From assembly GCA_050290185.1 (NCBI GenBank), contig JBNKHE010000010.1, positions 65,575 through 129,574 on the forward strand: 64,000 bases of DNA, given 5' to 3'. Shown here piece after piece: positions 20,784 through 28,873 of this stretch. A model generated the notes under the pieces. That model was not told where the DNA came from and did not search any database. It saw nothing but the letters and a program-made list of their open reading frames with translations. The number at the start of each line of letters is the position of its first letter. The first letter of the stretch is position 1. Origin of the DNA: Pontiella sp. (GTDB lineage: Bacteria > Verrucomicrobiota > Kiritimatiellia > Kiritimatiellales > Pontiellaceae). The position numbers were made by a program, and so were the translations under genes.

Positions 20784-22180
20784 GTGAAATCTGTATTCCA
20801 GATGAATGGATTTTTTGTGCAGTCGGCGAGCTGGGTGAGATTGTAACAGGGAAAACCCCAAGTACAAAAGACAAGGCAAACTTTGGGGGCGAAATACCGT
20901 TTCTAAAGCCAGGCGATCTGGATGCAGGAGGTAACATAGCCTCTACTCAGGATACTTTGAGTGAAAAGGGTTTAGCGTTGGTGCCGTCATTGCCCAAACA
21001 TTCGATAGCAGTAACATGTATTGGAAATTTAGGGAAAGTAGGCATTACGACAAGAGAATCAGCCTCCAATCAGCAGATTAATTCTATTCTTCCTAGTCCG
21101 CATGTTAGCCACAAATTCTTGTATCACTATATGACTTCAATGAAGTGGTGGCTAGAGCAAGAAGCCTCAGCAACCACCGTTGCTATAATCAATAAAGGAA
21201 AGTTCTCAAAAGCACCTGTAAAATTACCTCCCCTCGCAGAGCAGAAAGAGATTGCGGCGCGGCTGGATGATTTACTGGCGCAGGTGGCCTCCATCAAAAC
21301 CCGCCTCGACGGCCTCCCCGCCATCCTAAAACGCTTCCGCCAATCCACCCTCGCCGCCGCCGTCTCCGGAAAACTCACTGAGGAGTGGAGGGGAACTCCG
21401 GCAATAGAAACAAATCAATCTCCTGTAACTATTGGGCAGGAAAATAATCAAACTCCCAAAGGTTGGGACTGGAAGAAGCTTTTGGATTTGGCGGACCTTG
21501 AATCTGGACATACGCCTAGAAAGTCAGTCTCTGAATACTGGGAGGGTGGTGACGTATATTGGATCTGTCTTCAGGATATTCGTGCTGCTCATGGTACGAC
21601 GATTGTCGACACGAAGCATAAACCGACCATGCTGGGGATTGAAAACTCAAGTGCCCGCTTATTGCCTAAAGGAACGGTCTGTTTCTCTCGCGATATTTCC
21701 GTTGGTTTTACGACGATTATGGGTCACGAGATGTCAACTACGCAACATTTTGCGAACTGGATTTGTGGAGAAGAGCTTTTCAATGAGTATCTTATGCTCG
21801 CACTTATGGCAGCCAAAGATCATCTGACGATTTCTGGGCAGGGGACGACTGTTAAGACCATATACATGCCTGCATTAAAAGAGTTCAGGTTGCTCACCCC
21901 TCCGGAAAAAGAACAAACTGAAATCGTCCGACGGGTGGAAGAACTGTTTGCGTTTGCGGATCAGGTAGAACAGCGGGTGAAGGATGCGCAGGCGCACGTC
22001 AACCATCTGACGCAATCCATCCTCGCCAAAGCCTTCCGCGGCGAACTCACCGCCGACTGGCGCGCCGCCCATACCGACCTCATCACCGGCGAAAACTCCG
22101 CTGCAGCCCTCCTAGAACGCATCAAATCCGAACGCGCCAAGCTGAACCCGAAAAAACGAACGCTAAAATCTAAATATTAG
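20780..22180 (+). CDS. hsdS: Type I R-M specificity subunit
   Basis: Two TRDs separated by conserved PPLAEQKEIA and PPEKEQTEIV repeats; QSILAKAFRGELT. Confidence 0.95.
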   Translation: MSEICIPDEWIFCAVGELGEIVTGKTPSTKDKANFGGEIPFLKPGDLDAGGNIASTQDTLSEKGLALVPSLPKHSIAVTCIGNLGKVGITTRESASNQQINSILPSPHVSHKFLYHYMTSMKWWLEQEASATTVAIINKGKFSKAPVKLPPLAEQKEIAARLDDLLAQVASIKTRLDGLPAILKRFRQSTLAAAVSGKLTEEWRGTPAIETNQSPVTIGQENNQTPKGWDWKKLLDLADLESGHTPRKSVSEYWEGGDVYWICLQDIRAAHGTTIVDTKHKPTMLGIENSSARLLPKGTVCFSRDISVGFTTIMGHEMSTTQHFANWICGEELFNEYLMLALMAAKDHLTISGQGTTVKTIYMPALKEFRLLTPPEKEQTEIVRRVEELFAFADQVEQRVKDAQAHVNHLTQSILAKAFRGELTADWRAAHTDLITGENSAAALLERIKSERAKLNPKKRTLKSKY

Positions 22181-22204
22181 GCTGAGTAGAAAGGAATTAT
22201 CGTT

Positions 22205-22942
22205 ATGACTGATGGAGATGTGCAGGTAAGGCTTAACCAAGTCTCAAAGCAGCGTTGGTCTGTTGATCTGGTAAAGGAAGTATACGGGGTGGATCTGAGC
22301 GAGAAATCGTCCCTAGTAGTACAGTTTAAACTGTGGGCTGGCAGGTATGACAAGGACTTGACGGTAATCGGTGACGATGTTGATCGTTGGATGTTTCAAT
22401 TGTTTCTGCAAGATCGGGAGTGGGTTCCCTCTACGATTGCCGCACCTCAGTTAGGTCTTAAAAAGGACGATTTCGAGAACGTCTTGGGCAAGATGAAAGA
22501 GAAGTCCTTCATCTCGGAGGTCGAACATGGTGGTTTGTTCCCTAGTGTTTATTCTAAAAACTTCATAAATGATTTGCCCGAACGACTGCCCTCATTCCCT
22601 CGTCAAATTTGGGCTTCGCGATCCAGTCATGTACGGGCCTTCCATACGGCTCTCGAAAAGGATCTTGGTTTTGAGGTTTCACTGCTGCTTTGTTCTGCCT
22701 CTATCCGTTTTGGAGACCCAGATCCTGAAGTTTCTATCGAGCAAGACATTATCACCAACGAACCTATTGGGCTTAAGTATCAGGACTGGATGAATTTTGG
22801 GCAGCCAATAGCATTAAAGCCTGATGCATGCTCAATCTTTACGTTGGCACAGCATGCTGAGGTTTTGGCTCATTACAGAATGAGTAAAGGGAAAGATGAG
22901 CTGTTGGAAAGAGCTAGCGAAGTGATCGGACAAGGGAAGTAA
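22205..22942 (+). CDS. Hypothetical protein
   Basis: 245-aa ORF with RBS, coupled to the next gene (TAATG). Confidence 0.7.
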   Translation: MTDGDVQVRLNQVSKQRWSVDLVKEVYGVDLSEKSSLVVQFKLWAGRYDKDLTVIGDDVDRWMFQLFLQDREWVPSTIAAPQLGLKKDDFENVLGKMKEKSFISEVEHGGLFPSVYSKNFINDLPERLPSFPRQIWASRSSHVRAFHTALEKDLGFEVSLLLCSASIRFGDPDPEVSIEQDIITNEPIGLKYQDWMNFGQPIALKPDACSIFTLAQHAEVLAHYRMSKGKDELLERASEVIGQGK

Positions 22943-23688
22943 TGATGTTCATTTCTTCGGGGGCGAACAATTTAATAAGCAGCATGAATATCGGGAACCG
23001 ACCCGATGGAACGCACTATGTTCCTCTTGTATGTGGGAAGAAAATCAAGGAAGGCATGCGCATTGGTGATGAAGCGCTGCGCGAGTGGTTTTTAAGGTGT
23101 GTATCGTCAGGCTCATATTCTGATTTTTGTATTGAAGATAACATAGCAGTGCTTGGCATCAAAAAGTGGGATAAATCAGGGCTAAAATATCTCAACTTAC
23201 AAGCCCTTGTAACCCTTCGAGGAACGATAGCCGATATGTGCCGTTCAGGAGAAAATAACAACGAATGGAATGATAAATGTCACTATTATCGGTTGGAATA
23301 TGATCCATCAAAACCGGGCCCTATCTTCAAAGAACCTCTTCCGCATGTACACGTCTACCCAGGTGGTGCCCCTCGATTCCAATTCTCTGGTTGTGATCCT
23401 AAGACGCTGTTCGTAGATTTTATTGAGTTTTTGTATCTCAACTATGCTCACTCCAAGTGGGTAGGCTGGGCTCGTAGAATTTGGAAGCAAGGGACGGATT
23501 TTTCGCCATGCGAAGATTCGTTTGATGCAGTTGTTGCTGCATATGATGGCGGGCGTAGTAGTGAGTTGATGGGGCGGTACAAAGGTTCAGTAATTGATCT
23601 GAAAATGGTGCTGAAAAAAGAAAAGCACAGGCTTTCGGCTGGGCATGCCATGCTTTCGGATACAGCAGATACCCTTTCGTATAGGTGA
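22942..23688 (+). CDS. Hypothetical protein, possibly DUF2290-like
   Basis: YRLEYDP...PHVHV...PRF...FIEFLYLNY pattern, judged by eye. Confidence 0.55.
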   Translation: MMFISSGANNLISSMNIGNRPDGTHYVPLVCGKKIKEGMRIGDEALREWFLRCVSSGSYSDFCIEDNIAVLGIKKWDKSGLKYLNLQALVTLRGTIADMCRSGENNNEWNDKCHYYRLEYDPSKPGPIFKEPLPHVHVYPGGAPRFQFSGCDPKTLFVDFIEFLYLNYAHSKWVGWARRIWKQGTDFSPCEDSFDAVVAAYDGGRSSELMGRYKGSVIDLKMVLKKEKHRLSAGHAMLSDTADTLSYR

Positions 23689-23753
23689 TGTCGATAGCAG
23701 CAACGCACTCAAAAGTGCTAATGGATGACGAAGCGGCCAAAAGGAAATGGCTT

Positions 23754-23945
23754 ATGTTTCTAGGGATAGAAAAAGATAAGGGATTGTTTTACGAGGGCGG
23801 TGATCTGTTCACGGGGATGCGCGCCGTATTACCACCGCCACATCTTTTCGATATGCAGATACTCGGTGCCGCATTATTGGAGCGCATCAAAACCGCCTGA
23901 TCCAACCTGAAACCGAAAAAGAAGCCCCGGAAGGGAAAGGGATAA
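23754..23945 (+). pseudogene. Chimeric remnant: 5' end of the 25124 gene fused to an hsdS-like 3' tail
   Basis: 23754-23860 matches 25124-25230 (6 differences in 107 bp). It continues as AALLERIKTA*SNLKPKK, similar to the HsdS end AALLERIKSERAKLNPKK. Confidence 0.8.
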
Positions 23946-23946
23946 C

Positions 23947-25113
23947 ATGGGCCAGCAGAGTGAAATGATGATTGAGGCCATGGATCAATGGTGGGGAGCT
24001 TCAGGAAAATTTGTCTGCGAAAATTGCTTAACCGCGTCATCGCTTCAGAAAGCCATTCGAGAAAATATTGTGCCGGACCACAACTGTTCTTTCTGTGAAA
24101 ATGACCGTGCGGCATCACTCGATTATCTGATGGAACATCACATCATGCCTGCAATCTGGAATGAATATACGGAGGCGGTCAATGAGCTCAATTGGGTTGA
24201 CGGGGAGTGGCTTGGAGAGTATCAGGACACGTATGATTTGATCGAAGATGTCATCGGCGGATATGACGGAACGGATTTTGGGGATTTGACCGAAACCATT
24301 CGTGATTCAATCCGTGATACCCATTGGTGTCGTCAAAACTATTATGGCGTTCAACCTGAAGAAACACGTTTGTTTCGATGGCGCGGGTTTGCTCACATTG
24401 TTAAGCACACGACCCGCTATTTCTTTGGGGATACCATTATTGAAAAAGAACCATCCGAGCAGGATGAAACCGATATTCTTGGATTTTTGAATGATCTAAA
24501 AGAGATTATTGAACGTGAACTACTCTGGAATATGCGCCCGAAGACGGTCATTTTTCGGGCTCGGGTTGATAAAACGAAGCATACCTCTATTCAGGAGCTT
24601 GGAGCGCCACCCTATCATAAAGCTTGTTATTCAAACCGTATGACTCCCGCAGGGATTTCAATGCTCTATGGGGCCTTAGATGCGCAAACTGCCAAGGCAG
24701 AGGTCGGTGAGCTTAAGTCCGATAAAATAATGACTCTAGCATCTATACGCCTCATTCCTGAAATTCAAGTAGTGGACTTTACTCGATTACCCCCACCGCC
24801 GGACTTCTTCGATTTGGACAAGAGTTCTCGCCGCTATCTCTGTCAGTTTTTATGGAGTTTTGTTAAAGAGCTTGCCGCTCCAATTGAAAAGGATGGTCGA
24901 GAACATATTCAGTACGTCCCGACACAGGTGCTTACCGAGTATCTAAAAACCACGTTATTAGTTAATGGCATGATTTTCCCAAGCTCACGGTATGCGGGTG
25001 GAAAATGTGTTGTTCTGTGGAGTAAAGATTTTGTACCGAATAGGAGTGGTAATTCTTCAGGATTAGAATTGGTAGATGCTGAGTATTATGGCTTGGACTT
25101 GATTAAAGTCTGA
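23947..25113 (+). CDS. RES-domain protein with Cys-containing N-terminal domain (HEPN/RES-associated type)
   Basis: CENC/CSFC; FRAR, NRMTPAGISMLYGA, AEV, YVPTQ and FPSS RES motifs. Confidence 0.82.
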   Translation: MGQQSEMMIEAMDQWWGASGKFVCENCLTASSLQKAIRENIVPDHNCSFCENDRAASLDYLMEHHIMPAIWNEYTEAVNELNWVDGEWLGEYQDTYDLIEDVIGGYDGTDFGDLTETIRDSIRDTHWCRQNYYGVQPEETRLFRWRGFAHIVKHTTRYFFGDTIIEKEPSEQDETDILGFLNDLKEIIERELLWNMRPKTVIFRARVDKTKHTSIQELGAPPYHKACYSNRMTPAGISMLYGALDAQTAKAEVGELKSDKIMTLASIRLIPEIQVVDFTRLPPPPDFFDLDKSSRRYLCQFLWSFVKELAAPIEKDGREHIQYVPTQVLTEYLKTTLLVNGMIFPSSRYAGGKCVVLWSKDFVPNRSGNSSGLELVDAEYYGLDLIKV

Positions 25114-25123
25114 TGGAGGTTCA

Positions 25124-26026
25124 GTGTTTCTAGGAATCGAAAAGGATAAGGGATTGTTTTACGAGGGCGGTGATCTGTTCACGGGGATGCGCGCCGTATT
25201 GCCTCCGCCACATCTTTTCGATATGCAGATTGGCGATACCCCTGCCACTGCGCTGAAGAATCTGATCGAAGCCGAAAAGGCCGAATCAAAGAAGTTTCTT
25301 TTCCGAGAGGATGGTTTCGATCCGGTTTCAATGGTCCGCCGTGGCAGAATATATCAGCCGTATGTTGAGCAGCCTAATGAATGTCGTGTAGCTCCGATTG
25401 ATACGCTTGATCGCGTCCAGAGCAACCCCTTTTATCCAGAAGGACCGGTGCTTATCAAGCGACTACACACCTATCAGCCGTATGCACTGAGTCTCAATGC
25501 TCCGGAGAATAAATATGCCATCATCGGGACGCAGACCGCCTATTCCCTCTGGCGCATTGTTTCCATAGACCAGATGTATCTGAACGATGAGCTGTTAACG
25601 TTGCGTCCCCTCCATTCGATGGGTGCTCTGCCTGATCTTGAATTGAGCAATGTTCCCGAGCCGTGGAAAACCAAGGTATCGGATACGGTTGGCAAAGTCA
25701 TCGATGCCATGCACCACGCGAATGCCGACTCCATCATCGAGCTATGCCGCCACGCCGCGGCGGCGGCCCTCTTTGCCCATTTCCATGAAGACATTAAAAA
25801 GTTGAGCGGAACCGATCTTGGCAACCTCGCCGATGATGCCGGCAAAGATGGCAAACGGATTGTCGCGAGCTGCGGAAAAATCATTGCCGACCTTCATTCC
25901 CGAATAAAACCCAATATGCAGGTTGAGCTTGATCTCCGGCCCATTTCCGACCGCGACGCCGAACTCGCCATCTACAGTCTCTCCTGCATTCTCAGCGATT
26001 TGAATTTTACAAACGAAGGGCAATAG
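25124..26026 (+). CDS. Hypothetical protein with helical C-terminal domain (possibly HEPN/Abi-like)
   Basis: 300-aa ORF with GGAGG RBS; C-terminal ELCR...LGNL...LHSRIKPN...DAEL. Confidence 0.7.
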   Translation: MFLGIEKDKGLFYEGGDLFTGMRAVLPPPHLFDMQIGDTPATALKNLIEAEKAESKKFLFREDGFDPVSMVRRGRIYQPYVEQPNECRVAPIDTLDRVQSNPFYPEGPVLIKRLHTYQPYALSLNAPENKYAIIGTQTAYSLWRIVSIDQMYLNDELLTLRPLHSMGALPDLELSNVPEPWKTKVSDTVGKVIDAMHHANADSIIELCRHAAAAALFAHFHEDIKKLSGTDLGNLADDAGKDGKRIVASCGKIIADLHSRIKPNMQVELDLRPISDRDAELAIYSLSCILSDLNFTNEGQ

Positions 26027-26035
26027 AGAGTCGGT

Positions 26036-26263
26036 ATGGATTATGCACCGCAAATTTTGGAGATGCTGGCCCAGGGGAATGGCCTCAAGGCATTGCAGAT
26101 TTCCATGGAACTTGGCATAGACCGGAAGCTGGTAAAGTCCATTCTCTACGGACGGCTGAAGGGACAGGTCCGGCAGGATAAAAGCTATCGCTGGCATTTT
26201 GCTTCTGCGACACACTCTGAGACACAAACGTCCTTCTGGAGTAATTATTCCTCAAACGTATAG
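26036..26263 (+). CDS. Small winged-helix protein, probably a truncated N-terminal fragment
   Basis: ILEMLA...ISMELGIDRKLVKSILY...W pattern; ends where the composition shifts. Confidence 0.5.
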   Translation: MDYAPQILEMLAQGNGLKALQISMELGIDRKLVKSILYGRLKGQVRQDKSYRWHFASATHSETQTSFWSNYSSNV

Positions 26264-26272
26264 TAAATGTTT

Positions 26273-26286
26273 CCAAAACGTTTTGG
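26273..26286. promoter_or_regulatory. Candidate upstream activator sequence
   Basis: Perfect palindrome CCAAAACGTTTTGG about 90-100 bp upstream of the sigma54 motif. Confidence 0.45.
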
Positions 26287-26373
26287 TATTTTGATGTTCA
26301 TTTACCATATCTCCTTGGTTGGAGAGTGTTGCAAGTTTCACATAGGGAGTTAGATGTGATAATCGACGGGGGG

Positions 26374-26388
26374 TGGCACGCATTTTGC
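26374..26388 (+). promoter_or_regulatory. Sigma54 (-24/-12) promoter
   Basis: TGGCAC-GCATT-TTGC, consensus spacing, 48 bp before the operon start; the operon encodes a GAFTGA activator. Confidence 0.8.
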
Positions 26389-26436
26389 CTATGCGATGAC
26401 TACGTTGGTTAATATTTAAAATACGCGGAGACTAAC

Positions 26437-27336
26437 ATGATGCATAAAATCAACAGGAAGCGTTGGGCGGTTAGTGGATTTGTAATATTGGCGCTCGTTT
26501 CAATCTTTATCGGGGGATGTTTCCGGCACGATGATAACGTATCTATGGCACAAATTAGCACACTTGATAAAGTGCGTAAGACCGGTGAGTTGCATGTAGG
26601 ATATTTTCTATTCGAACCAACAATTATGCAGGACAAAAATGGGAAGCTTAATGGTGTTTTCATTGATTTGATTGAATCCATAGGCAAAGCGCTTGATGCA
26701 AAAGTTATCTATCACAATGTGGATTTAGCAAATTTCGTTGCAGGACTTCAGTCGCAACAATATGACGTCTCCATTGGTGCTACATTTGCAACCCCCCAGC
26801 GAGCGACAGCTGTTGCATTTACCAGCCCCATCTTTTATTGCGGATATACTGGTGTTGTGAAACCTGAAGAGGTTGGCAAATATAATACATGGCAGGATAT
26901 GGATAAGAAAGGCACTAGGGTTGCTGTGAAGCAAGGAAGTGCTATTGATGATTTTGTGCGCGAGAATTTTAGAAACGCAACTATTGTACGTCTGCAAGGT
27001 GCTGACTTAACACTCCCCTTGGCAGCGGTATCATCTGGTCAGGCTGATGTGGGACTAATGAATCAACTAACAGTTTTCACTTATCTGAGAGCCCACCCTG
27101 AGTTGAAAGAAGTGTTAGCGAAGAGGCCAATCGTGCCAACTAACTTTTCATGGGCTGTTCGACAGGGCGATCAACGTTGGTTGAATTATCTCAATACATG
27201 TATTCAATATTACATAAACACTGGCGACATATATAAATGGGAAAGCAAATACGGAATTCCTCTCATGCACAAGAATGAGGAGCTGGTGTTTCCAAAGATG
27301 TCATATCCTCAGTATTGGGTTCCCGAAAAGCAATAA
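26437..27336 (+). CDS. Polar amino acid ABC transporter substrate-binding lipoprotein
   Basis: IGGC lipobox-like motif; SBP family 3 pattern (TLDKVRKTGEL, GVFIDL, TPQRA..VAFT, VAVKQGS). Confidence 0.88.
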   Translation: MMHKINRKRWAVSGFVILALVSIFIGGCFRHDDNVSMAQISTLDKVRKTGELHVGYFLFEPTIMQDKNGKLNGVFIDLIESIGKALDAKVIYHNVDLANFVAGLQSQQYDVSIGATFATPQRATAVAFTSPIFYCGYTGVVKPEEVGKYNTWQDMDKKGTRVAVKQGSAIDDFVRENFRNATIVRLQGADLTLPLAAVSSGQADVGLMNQLTVFTYLRAHPELKEVLAKRPIVPTNFSWAVRQGDQRWLNYLNTCIQYYINTGDIYKWESKYGIPLMHKNEELVFPKMSYPQYWVPEKQ

Positions 27337-27389
27337 TCTAGGAGCAAGGAACTGTAAGTTCATGCCAACATTATATTGGATAAGCTATC

Positions 27390-28073
27390 ATGTACGAATG
27401 GGATTTTAGATGGGTCTGGACTTACCGGGAACAACTTCTCTCTGCCCTGGGAATGACAGTTCTGCTTAATTGTTGGATCCTATTATTGGGAACACTTGCC
27501 GGTATCTTTTTGGGGCTTATTGCGAGACACAGACATCCTTACATCCGCGGTTTGGCTCGTATTTATATCGATGTTTTTCGCACCTTGCCTGTGTTAGTAT
27601 TATTAGTGTGGTTCTTCTTTTGCATTCCAATTCTACTTGGGGGTATTCGCATTTCGGGATTCACATCAGCAGTTATTGTCCTTTCTCTCAATCTGTCCGC
27701 ATTCATAGCAGAAATTGTTCGTGCGGGTGTGGATGCTATTCCGGCCAGTTATATAAATGACGCTAAAGCATCTGGATTAAGTAGCTGGCATACTAATCGT
27801 TTCATAGTTCTTCCAATCGCTCTTCGGATTATGATTCCTCCACTTGTTGGTCAGTTTATCAACACAATCAAACTATCTGTGCTGGCTTCCGTTATTGCTG
27901 TTCCAGAACTTCTTCATCGAACAACGGAGATTATTAGCCAAGTCTATCGCCCCCTTGAGTTTTACACTGCTCTAGCTGTTATCTTTCTTGTTCTTCTTCT
28001 TCCTGGAACTCTCTGGTCTCGGCGATTAGAAAAGAAAGCCGAGCGCTTTGTTTTGAAAGGGGATTTGTCATGA
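27390..28073 (+). CDS. Amino acid ABC transporter permease (HisM type)
   Basis: YIDVFRTLP, SAFIAEIVRAG and IKLSVLASVIAVPEL. Confidence 0.92.
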   Translation: MYEWDFRWVWTYREQLLSALGMTVLLNCWILLLGTLAGIFLGLIARHRHPYIRGLARIYIDVFRTLPVLVLLVWFFFCIPILLGGIRISGFTSAVIVLSLNLSAFIAEIVRAGVDAIPASYINDAKASGLSSWHTNRFIVLPIALRIMIPPLVGQFINTIKLSVLASVIAVPELLHRTTEIISQVYRPLEFYTALAVIFLVLLLPGTLWSRRLEKKAERFVLKGDLS

Positions 28074-28873
28074 ACTCACCTTTGGACACGTTTGAAAGCT
28101 CCGGAATTTCTGGGGAATCGGATGTTCTGATGGTGTCGAATCTTACAAGGGGATATGGAAAAGGTCGGGGGATCTTCAATACATCGTTCAGCCTGCAACC
28201 GAAACGAATACTCAGCTTTATTGGCGCAAATGCATCTGGGAAGTCGACGCTCATGCGATGTGCCACTCTCTTTGATTTAATGGATCAAGGGACGATAGTA
28301 ATTAATGGCGAAATCATCGTTGATGTTGGTGAAGATATATGCACGCTTCCTTCAAAGAATGATTTAATTAAGCTACACGGCGGAATAGTTGGAGCAGTTT
28401 TTCAAGACTCACAGCCTTGGCCGCATCTTACGGTCGAAGATAATGTAGTACTGCCTCTTGTGAAAAGTCTGGGCTTTTCAAATGTTGAAGCTAGACAACA
28501 TGCAGCGACCGTACTCCATGAGTTTGGATTAGAAGATCGTTTGAGCTCATTTCCTTGGGAGCTCTCTGGGGGCCTCCGGCAGCGGGTTGTGTTAGCTAGA
28601 GCATTAGCCCTTAATCCCCAATTCATTGCAATTGATGAGGGGACGAGTGCATTAGACCCTGATTGGACAGAGCGGGTTCGTCTCATATTGCGAAAATACG
28701 CTGAAGCCGGTGCAGCTGTCTTGTTGATTAGTCATCAGATGGGTTTTGTTAAAAGGCTGTCTGACGACGTGTGCTTTCTCCATCATGGCCGTATCCATGA
28801 GCAGGGTGATCCAAGCAGGATCTTTGAAAATCCTCAAACTCAAGAGCTAAAGGAGTTCCTTGAAAATGCCTGA
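28070..28873 (+). CDS. Amino acid ABC transporter ATPase
   Basis: GANASGKS, LSGGLRQR, IDEGTSALDP and H-loop. Confidence 0.92.
   Translation: MNSPLDTFESSGISGESDVLMVSNLTRGYGKGRGIFNTSFSLQPKRILSFIGANASGKSTLMRCATLFDLMDQGTIVINGEIIVDVGEDICTLPSKNDLIKLHGGIVGAVFQDSQPWPHLTVEDNVVLPLVKSLGFSNVEARQHAATVLHEFGLEDRLSSFPWELSGGLRQRVVLARALALNPQFIAIDEGTSALDPDWTERVRLILRKYAEAGAAVLLISHQMGFVKRLSDDVCFLHHGRIHEQGDPSRIFENPQTQELKEFLENA

Noticed and set aside
23754..25230. Diversity-generating retroelement TR/VR pair
   Set aside because: There is no reverse transcriptase, and the differences are synonymous and at a gene 5' end.
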